Positions 1 through 6,778 are shown, counted from the stretch's first letter. The stretch is 46,444 nucleotides of DNA from Candidatus Poseidoniaceae archaeon (GCA_022452125.1 JAKURJ010000002.1:1-46444), one strand, 5' to 3'. Notes: a model not told the origin generated them from the sequence alone. Made by a program: numbers and translations.

Positions 1-121
1 AATACTAATCCCCTGGGAAAGCGCTGGTGACGTATCGTAATTTCTAGACTACGCGGTAAGAGCTAAGGGGCAGCGAGCACTGCAAGTTCCTCACCAAAAC
101 ATCCGCGACGCACTAGTTACA

Positions 122-1060
122 ATGATCACTGTACAAGGTGATACCGAATTTGCATCTGTAGAACAGCAGCGCCACCTTTTGGCTACTGCACCTACAGACT
201 ACGACCGCTATGCTGCCGCTCGCATCATGGCTGAAGAACAACGCCACGGATGGCAGATGGCTTACCTATTGATGACTTATTTCGGACAACAGGGGCGAAG
301 AGAAGCTCAAAAGTTGCTAGAACGCAATGCACAGGACGGAGACCGCCTACTTGGTGCATTCAACCGACCAATGCCGCATTGGTTGGATTTCTTCTGCTAC
401 ACAATGTTCGTCGACAGAGACGGTAAGTTCCAACTTGGAATGCTATCCACCTCTGCGTTCAAGCCACTAGCTGCATCCATGGGACCTATGCTCAAAGAAG
501 AGTCGTTCCACCTGGGTACTGGTTCAAATGGACTAAGAAGAATCATCAAGGCTGGAATCATTCCACTGGACATGCTACAGCGCTACATGAACAAGTGGGT
601 TGCAACAGCTCACGACTTGTTCGGAACTGATTCATCCACCTCTGCTCACTGGGCATACGTCTGGGGAGTAAAGGGACGCTGGGACGAGCGTAAGAAGCAG
701 GAAGGCGAAATCGATGTTGACAAAGAAGTTCTCAACGAAGAAAGCCGTGGCCACTACCACGATGAAATCGTAAAGGAAGTCCAGAAACTCAATGGATACC
801 TCCCTGAAGACTGTGGAGTAACTCTATTCGTACCTCACGAAAACTTCCACAGAGACATCGGAGCTTTCGGCGGAAAGAACTGCTACACTAACGGCGAACT
901 GTTCGAAGGAACTGACGAAGAGTATGCAGAATACCTGAAGACTGTACTTCCAACTCCAGAAGATGAAGAAGCACTGAAAGAGATTTTCAAGCAACAGTGG
1001 ATTGAGGACAAACCATTGACTCCTCGCCAACTTGCTAGTGGAATCGGCGCTACTGCTTGA
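122..1060 (+). CDS. PaaA/BoxB-like diiron acyl-CoA oxygenase (ferritin-fold) subunit
   Basis: Carboxylate/His motifs 'MAEEQRHG' and 'KEESFHLGTG' lie ~88 aa apart, as in phenylacetyl-CoA/benzoyl-CoA epoxidase catalytic subunits. The N-terminus looks too short (see finding). Confidence 0.6.
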   Translation: MITVQGDTEFASVEQQRHLLATAPTDYDRYAAARIMAEEQRHGWQMAYLLMTYFGQQGRREAQKLLERNAQDGDRLLGAFNRPMPHWLDFFCYTMFVDRDGKFQLGMLSTSAFKPLAASMGPMLKEESFHLGTGSNGLRRIIKAGIIPLDMLQRYMNKWVATAHDLFGTDSSTSAHWAYVWGVKGRWDERKKQEGEIDVDKEVLNEESRGHYHDEIVKEVQKLNGYLPEDCGVTLFVPHENFHRDIGAFGGKNCYTNGELFEGTDEEYAEYLKTVLPTPEDEEALKEIFKQQWIEDKPLTPRQLASGIGATA

Positions 1061-1069
1061 GGTGAGAGA

Positions 1070-1603
1070 TTGATCCCCGTCTCGCTCTACGGAGCCGACG
1101 AAGCGGAATTAGAACGCTTCTACTCGGTTTTACCAGGTCTTGTTAGCGACGCCTATGAAGATAGGCCGTACCAGGAAACATTGTTTTCTGTAACAGGTGA
1201 GGATGTGATTGAACACATCGAATTAGCTGATGCTTGGGCTAAACACACTCCTTTTGCATGGCCAGAAGATGTCGTGATGGAAGTCAATATGGCAATTCAA
1301 ACAATCAAGTACCCCGATGTTGGATTACTTGAGCACCTTCTGACTCTTGAGAATGTAGACTGCTGTAGAGTTTCAACATGGATGCACTTTGAGACCAATG
1401 TCTATCCGATATACAGTGAAAAGGCGTGTGAAGGCTTAGAGAAAATGGGCCTACCTACACCTTTCTTGCCAGGCGATATTGCATCTTATGGACTGTATGT
1501 CCAGCGACTGGAAGGACTAAAACTCCACGCACCAGCCGAAGGAATGCCGGAAATCGGGCTACCTAGAGCCCGTATCCTGCAACTCGGCTTGGAGCGATTC
1601 TGA
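1070..1603 (+). CDS. Hypothetical protein (177 aa), translationally coupled to the upstream oxygenase gene
   Basis: TTG start 9 nt after the upstream TGA, preceded by GGTGAG. No recognisable motif. Confidence 0.45.
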   Translation: MIPVSLYGADEAELERFYSVLPGLVSDAYEDRPYQETLFSVTGEDVIEHIELADAWAKHTPFAWPEDVVMEVNMAIQTIKYPDVGLLEHLLTLENVDCCRVSTWMHFETNVYPIYSEKACEGLEKMGLPTPFLPGDIASYGLYVQRLEGLKLHAPAEGMPEIGLPRARILQLGLERF

Positions 1604-2499
1604 TGAAAAATGCATCAACTCACGCTAAATTACTAGCTGTTGCATTCATTTGGGGCTTGGGCTGGGTAGCAGGAAGAGTAGCAGCACGTGACATCCCCCC
1701 TTTCACGGCGGGCTGGGCAAGGTACATTCTCGCAGTAGGATGTTTTTTCCTATTCTTGTTCGCAACAAAGCAATGGGTCACGCCATCTAGAGATCAATGG
1801 AAAATAATCACTGCAATTGGATTCTTGTCTACTTTCTTGTACCAGGCATTCTTCATGTATGGAATGAAGTGGACCGCTGCAGGTGACGCTTCTCTAATGA
1901 TAACATTCAATCCACTATTGACAGCTATACTTGCTGTACCGTTCCTAGGCGAGAAATTCGACAAACGGCTTGGGTTAGGATTACTATCTGCGGTTTGTGG
2001 TGTTGCAGTGATTGCATGGTACTCTCCTAATGTCGATTTGCCCGTGAATGAAAGATTGCTAGGTGACGCACTAATCGCTATGTCAGCACTTTCATGGGCT
2101 TGTACAACCATTCTGATGAAGAAAGCGATGAGTGGGGAGAATGCTCTGTCGCCACTCCACCTAACGGTATGGTCAAGTGCGGTTGGATTACTGATCCAAA
2201 CCCCCGCTGTAATTTGGGAATACTCGCAGGTTGGATTCCCTATGAACGCAGGTTTAGATGCGTGGGCGTGGTTGGCATTCTTGGCGATTTTCTCCACTGT
2301 ATTGAGCTATGTTTGGTTTGCAGATGGAATCAAAATCATCGGTGCAGGTAGGTCTGCAATGTATGTTTACTTGGTACCAATATTCGGAATTCTAAGTGGC
2401 TGGTTATTGCTTGATGAGAAATTAGGATTCTCACTCATCGCCTCATTTGTTCTGATTGTAGGCGGAGTATATCTCGCTCAATCCAAGGAATTGTCATGA
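1603..2499 (+). CDS. EamA/DMT-family transporter (10 TM)
   Basis: About 10 hydrophobic helices arranged as two repeated EamA-like halves. The start overlaps the upstream stop (TGATG). Confidence 0.8.
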   Translation: MKNASTHAKLLAVAFIWGLGWVAGRVAARDIPPFTAGWARYILAVGCFFLFLFATKQWVTPSRDQWKIITAIGFLSTFLYQAFFMYGMKWTAAGDASLMITFNPLLTAILAVPFLGEKFDKRLGLGLLSAVCGVAVIAWYSPNVDLPVNERLLGDALIAMSALSWACTTILMKKAMSGENALSPLHLTVWSSAVGLLIQTPAVIWEYSQVGFPMNAGLDAWAWLAFLAIFSTVLSYVWFADGIKIIGAGRSAMYVYLVPIFGILSGWLLLDEKLGFSLIASFVLIVGGVYLAQSKELS

Positions 2500-2523
2500 A
2501 CCTAAATCCCATCGGACGCTAAC

Positions 2524-3408
2524 ATGGGAATCAGTTCTGTAGCAGTAATTGGTGCTGGAACTATGGGAGCAGGTATTGCTCAAGTATGTGCACAAGCCGG
2601 TTGGCATACCAACCTGTATGATGCATTTCCTGAAGGCCTAGAACGTGGAATGAATACAATTGATGCGTTTTGGGACAAAGGCATCGCTAGAGGGAAAACT
2701 ACTGCTGAACAAAAAGCCGAATGGGCAGAAAATCTTCATGCTGTATCAGACATGCATGAAGCGGTAAAAGATGCTGACCTTGTAATCGAAGCTGTCCCTG
2801 AAATCCCAGATTTGAAGCACAAAATTTTCGCAGAACTTGGTACAATGACAAAGGAAGATTGTATCCTAGGAACTAACACTTCTTCCCTTTCTATCGCCGA
2901 TATTGCTGCTGCATCTGGCAGGCCAGAGAAAGTCATTGGAATGCATTTCTTCAATCCTGTACCAATCATGAAATTGCTTGAACTAATCAAGCATGACTCA
3001 TGCTCTGAAGAGACGATTCAAGCGGCTACGGCTGCCGGTGAAGCCATGGGGAAGACCACTATTCTCGTCAAGGATGTACCAGGATTCGCAACATCTCGAC
3101 TTGGCGTTGTTCTCGGCAATGAAGCGATTCGAATGCTTGCAGATGGAGTTGCCAGCGCCAAAGACATCGATACTGCGATGGTCTTAGGGTACAAGCATCC
3201 GATGGGACCACTCGCTCTTACTGACCTCGTTGGCCTGGATGTGCGCAGAGACATTCTATTGAATCTGAAGAAATCATTCAACGATGATTCATACACACCT
3301 CACCCACTTCTTGAGAAATTGATTGCAGAAGGACGCTTAGGCAAGAAATCCGGCAAAGGAATCTATGACTGGTCATCGGGGTCCGCTGAAGAAACCGAAC
3401 TTCCCTAA
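2524..3408 (+). CDS. hbd: 3-hydroxyacyl/3-hydroxybutyryl-CoA dehydrogenase
   Basis: N-terminal Rossmann motif 'VAVIGAGTMGAGIAQV', 'NTSSLSI', 'GMHFFNP', and a C-terminal 'GRLGKKSGKG(I)YDW' typical of HBD/FadB family members. Confidence 0.85.
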   Translation: MGISSVAVIGAGTMGAGIAQVCAQAGWHTNLYDAFPEGLERGMNTIDAFWDKGIARGKTTAEQKAEWAENLHAVSDMHEAVKDADLVIEAVPEIPDLKHKIFAELGTMTKEDCILGTNTSSLSIADIAAASGRPEKVIGMHFFNPVPIMKLLELIKHDSCSEETIQAATAAGEAMGKTTILVKDVPGFATSRLGVVLGNEAIRMLADGVASAKDIDTAMVLGYKHPMGPLALTDLVGLDVRRDILLNLKKSFNDDSYTPHPLLEKLIAEGRLGKKSGKGIYDWSSGSAEETELP

Positions 3409-4730
3409 TCTCTGTAATCCTCTTCATCCTTATGGAAAATAATCAGATGTTCAACATCTCCAGAATAGTTCCTCAACTGGCTGCTCAATTGCTTCAGTGT
3501 CGCATTCCCGTGGACAACTGTAGCGACAGTTGGACCGTTTGACAATTTCAACAACTCCAAAGTCAGATTTGGAGTTGAATAATGCCCTGACCACTTCAAT
3601 TTTGAAATCGGATTTTTGTCCCATTTAGGCTGCAAATCTACCGCTTTGGATTGAAGCCAACACCATTTAGAAAGACAATCACTCAGGAGTTCTCCTCTCA
3701 AGATTAAACTAGCATCTTCAACATATAGCCAATCTAGATGTTCGGTAATATCGCCGTGAACCAATGTCACCTTGATTCCAAAATTGTACTTCCTCTCATC
3801 TCTAGGAATCGGCCTCAAAGCCCTCGGGTTTCCAATCAATGAGTCAACCCATTGGTAGTATTCTCTGAATGTCCACGAATTAGCATGCGGGCAGGGTAAA
3901 TATGGTGGCCCATTTTCTGGCCAGTCTAGATAATCCATGTATCTTTGATACCATGAATCCTTATCCGGATGGCCGGGCCATCTTTCGGGTAGCTTCTTCG
4001 TTTTCTTCTTCAAATCCTTAGGAGTTAATCTCCTTTCATGGATTAGAGATGCAAGGAAGTCATTGACATCTACCTTCTCATTTCCGAGATTCTTGACTCT
4101 GAATACCTCAGCCTGCACTTCCCTTACCCCATCGATATCGAGGTATGGTATTGGCCATTCACCTCTACCTATGTGCTCCACGCAAACATCCTTCTTAGTA
4201 CTCAAAATAATCTGTGAATATGCAAACCATTCCGGGACTACTTCTGCATGCTTCCTATCTAGGATAATCAAGCCTCCATCTCTAACATGCGATGCTAATT
4301 TTGGAATGATATCTGAATAAGAATTCCTACTTCTATTCTCAACAAATGGCTCTAACCAATCAAGATACAGAATATCGACTAATGGTAAATCCTCAATCCC
4401 TTTACTCGCATCTTTTTGCCTCATCACCAACATGTTTTGATACCCTAATTCCGGACTTCTGTACGCTCTTCCTCCAATCAGCGGGTTAGCTATCCTAGCA
4501 AAATATTCCATCCTTAAACTGGTTTCAAGGAATGGCATATCATCGGGATATCTCGGTCCCAATTCATCACAAAATAGTATGAAGGGTTGGTCGTTTTCTA
4601 CCATAATTGACCATGAGTTAAGGTAATTCATATCAGCTGCTGGATGGTATACGATTAGCGGTCTATCCCTCGCCTTAGGAAAGGGTACAGAGGAGAATAA
4701 TTCACCATTTTTCCACATCATGAAAATCAC
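3405..4730 (-). CDS. Hypothetical 441-aa protein (island gene 4). The N-terminal half is weakly class-I methyltransferase-like.
   Basis: GTG at 4730 directly follows the upstream TAG, with AGGAGG 6 nt upstream. An alternative ATG at 4721 sits behind AGGTGAT. 'VDILYLDW...VRDGGLIILD' resembles TylF/Methyltransf_24 beta4/beta5 motifs, but no GxGxG was seen. The C-terminal half is unrecognised. Confidence 0.55.
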   Translation of the reverse strand: MIFMMWKNGELFSSVPFPKARDRPLIVYHPAADMNYLNSWSIMVENDQPFILFCDELGPRYPDDMPFLETSLRMEYFARIANPLIGGRAYRSPELGYQNMLVMRQKDASKGIEDLPLVDILYLDWLEPFVENRSRNSYSDIIPKLASHVRDGGLIILDRKHAEVVPEWFAYSQIILSTKKDVCVEHIGRGEWPIPYLDIDGVREVQAEVFRVKNLGNEKVDVNDFLASLIHERRLTPKDLKKKTKKLPERWPGHPDKDSWYQRYMDYLDWPENGPPYLPCPHANSWTFREYYQWVDSLIGNPRALRPIPRDERKYNFGIKVTLVHGDITEHLDWLYVEDASLILRGELLSDCLSKWCWLQSKAVDLQPKWDKNPISKLKWSGHYSTPNLTLELLKLSNGPTVATVVHGNATLKQLSSQLRNYSGDVEHLIIFHKDEEDYRD

Positions 4731-5309
4731 CTAAACCCTCCTCGGGTGCCCAGTGGGAACTACCCTGAAAATCCTCTTTGTCTGCCTTGATAGTCTCGGG
4801 TATTGCGTGGCAATACTTACTCCAAAGGGAGCGCTTTTCGCGGTATCAATGATTTTGTCTCTATGCAATGTTACAATGTGTGCTGTGCATAATTTCCCTC
4901 TCTCATCCGGGTCGGATGGAGGGTCAACCGAGTAGAAGCATAGCAAGAACAAATCATCATGTTCAACCAATTCGTCGATACAATAACTCAATCTTCTCAA
5001 ATCATGGTTACAATATGCTAGTTGCAAACCGTACGGTTGCAAAGCATTTGACCAAGTATGCGGTGATTGTGAGTTGATGATTTTCTTGAAATGATCAGGG
5101 TCCACATCTGCACCTGTACTTCTTGCCAGCATAGCAAGCGTAGTAGGGACACAAGATGGTCCAACCTGCTTGACGTGCTTGATGTCTAAGTCTGTAAAAA
5201 ACGGACCCTTTGGCTCATTTCCAGATTCTTCATCCCACAAAGGGGCGCTAGCATTCGGTTTCCAATTTTTCATTGCATCACTGTTGTTTCTTTCTTTCAT
5301 TACCATCAT
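4731..5309 (-). CDS. Papain-fold cysteine peptidase, C39-like (island gene 3)
   Basis: 'KQVGPSCVPTTLAMLARSTG' fits the Q-x5-C-[GV]-P-x-x-LAM nucleophile motif. 'CTAHIVTLHRDKIIDTA' fits the H-[FIY]-V-x-L ... D motif of C39/C39-like peptidases. TGAGGTGAT lies upstream of ATGATG. Confidence 0.5.
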   Translation of the reverse strand: MMVMKERNNSDAMKNWKPNASAPLWDEESGNEPKGPFFTDLDIKHVKQVGPSCVPTTLAMLARSTGADVDPDHFKKIINSQSPHTWSNALQPYGLQLAYCNHDLRRLSYCIDELVEHDDLFLLCFYSVDPPSDPDERGKLCTAHIVTLHRDKIIDTAKSAPFGVSIATQYPRLSRQTKRIFRVVPTGHPRRV

Positions 5310-5315
5310 ATCACC

Positions 5316-6080
5316 TCACAAATACATCCAATCATCCGGCCTACCATTTGGCCACTTCTTGTTCCATTCATCATTCGCTTTCCTTCTCTTGACCTCTTGT
5401 TCGTGCAGGATTTCCCAAATGTGGTAATCTGCAATTAAAATCTCAATGAGATCCCTCAGATTTTCTGGAAATGTTGACTTGCTAGGATAGACAAATGTTG
5501 ACCATCCCTCATACTGCTTGAGCTCTAATCCTTTGACGTAATCAGGAAAATCACAGAATCCCAATCCGTCATCCGTGATTCCAGTGTCTATCTTCCAAGT
5601 TGCCTGAGACGCCTCTAGATACTCCATATGTACGCCAAGATTGCTCTTTCTTCTAGCACCATTTCTGATTGCTTTCAGAGAAGGGCCATACCTTTCCAAA
5701 GTATTTGGCGGCAACCAAATCGAAAATTCCATACTCGCATCAAATGAGAACTTAGAGCCGTATTTCCCCTCAATGGTGAAGGTGTTCTCCTTCAGAGAAA
5801 TCGAATCGTTCTCATCGACATATTGAGCAAAATCAATCCATTTCTGTTTCAAATCTGCTTCTTCTTTTTGACTCAATAAAGATTCTTTGTCCCATTTTGA
5901 GGGCTTATATCCTAATGGTAAAAGCATGATTCCTAACATATCTTTAGGCCATTCAATCCACTTTTTACCAACATTGGGATTAGATTTGTTATGAGATTTT
6001 ATCGCCATCAAATCAAACTCTAAGGTATCAATCTCGACATCCCAATCTATGTTTTCCCAACCGTCGAATTCCTCACTCAT
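5316..6080 (-). CDS. Hypothetical W-rich 254-aa protein (island gene 2)
   Basis: ATGA overlap with the upstream gene and GAAGGAGGG 8 nt upstream of the ATG. No family recognised. Confidence 0.5.
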   Translation of the reverse strand: MSEEFDGWENIDWDVEIDTLEFDLMAIKSHNKSNPNVGKKWIEWPKDMLGIMLLPLGYKPSKWDKESLLSQKEEADLKQKWIDFAQYVDENDSISLKENTFTIEGKYGSKFSFDASMEFSIWLPPNTLERYGPSLKAIRNGARRKSNLGVHMEYLEASQATWKIDTGITDDGLGFCDFPDYVKGLELKQYEGWSTFVYPSKSTFPENLRDLIEILIADYHIWEILHEQEVKRRKANDEWNKKWPNGRPDDWMYL

Positions 6081-6517
6081 TGGAAAGCCCTCCTTCTAGA
6101 CTCAGTTCTATTTGGATGACAGGTCATGCATGTTGTGTTGATACAAGGCCAAGAGTAATCGTTGGCGATTGAGTCAATGGATCCCTCCTGCTGCATTTTT
6201 TGCCAGAAAGGCCTGGTACAATTCCAAGTATCTACCCAAATATGGGATTCTGGAAACGCTTTCCTGATGTCAGAAATCATAGCTGATCCATGTCCAGAAA
6301 ACCTTGCATCTGGATTGTAGACAATCACATTGTGAATCTCGACATTCCTGTCGTTGACAAAAATCCAACAATTTGATGTTGGCATTCTGCCGTTGTATAT
6401 CCAGCAATTTTCTTTTCTAGGGTGTTCACAAAATGGACCGATTCCGTTTATTGAAACGGTATTTTCATCTATTTTGCACGCTTGTTTTTTGTTTTGTTTT
6501 TTTGTATTTATTTTCAT
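6077..6517 (-). CDS. Small Cys-rich GNAT-like acetyltransferase (island gene 1)
   Basis: The ORF track starts at 6595, but that extension runs through the tRNA. ATG 6517 is preceded by AAGGTGAT. 'VIVYNPDARFSGHGSAMISDIRKAF' fits the GNAT motif A (R-x-x-G-x-G) and 'RPFWQKM' fits the following helix. A C-terminal 'C-x4-C-x2-C-H' cluster is present. Confidence 0.5.
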   Translation of the reverse strand: MKINTKKQNKKQACKIDENTVSINGIGPFCEHPRKENCWIYNGRMPTSNCWIFVNDRNVEIHNVIVYNPDARFSGHGSAMISDIRKAFPESHIWVDTWNCTRPFWQKMQQEGSIDSIANDYSWPCINTTCMTCHPNRTESRRRAFQ

Positions 6518-6534
6518 TTTATCACCTTGTTGAA

Positions 6535-6609
6535 TGGCCAGGGTACCGGGACTCGAACCCGGGTCGACAGTTCCGCAAACTGTCATGATATCCACTACAC
6601 CATACCCTG
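6535..6609 (-). tRNA. tRNA-Arg (anticodon GCG), CCA encoded
   Basis: Hand-folded cloverleaf: 7-bp acceptor CAGGGTA/TACCCTG, anticodon stem ACAGT/ACTGT with loop TTGCGGA, T-arm CCGGG-TTCGAGT-CCCGG, discriminator G plus CCA. Confidence 0.85.
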
Positions 6610-6626
6610 ATTGAAAACCAAACCAG

Positions 6627-6698
6627 CGAGGGTACCCGGATTCGAACCGAGGTCAAGTGGTCCGTAGCCACTTATGCTATCCACTACACCATACCCCC
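6627..6698 (-). tRNA. tRNA-Arg (anticodon ACG), no encoded CCA
   Basis: Hand-folded cloverleaf: acceptor GGGGGTA/TACCCTC (one G-U), D-arm GTGT/GCAT, anticodon stem AGTGG/CCACT with loop CTACGGA, T-arm CTCGG-TTCGAAT-CCGGG. 54 of 72 positions are identical to the neighbouring tRNA. Confidence 0.8.
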
Positions 6699-6740
6699 AT
6701 TGGTTTGATTGCTCAGCGACTTAGAGCCGCTGAAGCATAC

Positions 6741-6778
6741 GCATTTCGAATCGAAATGCAATTTTGCAATAATTGCAA
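6741..6778. repeat. Two adjacent palindromes (GCATTTCGA-A-TCGAAATGC and TTGCAAT-A-ATTGCAA) upstream of the tRNA pair
   Basis: Read directly: 9+1+9 nt at 6741-6759 and 7+1+7 nt at 6764-6778. Confidence 0.7.

Noticed and set aside
3380-3440. Direct repeat of the tRNA 3' end at the far border of the low-GC islet (att site)
   Set aside because: By eye, no copy of the TGGCCAGGGTACCGGGACTCGAACC-type sequence is present there. Integration by a tRNA-targeting integrase is therefore unsupported, and no integrase gene is present.
6518-6595. N-terminal extension of ORF 6077..6595 (MDIMTVCGTVDPGSSPG...)
   Set aside because: The extension is the reverse complement of tRNA-Arg(GCG). An internal ATG at 6517 has a well-spaced AAGGTGAT SD.
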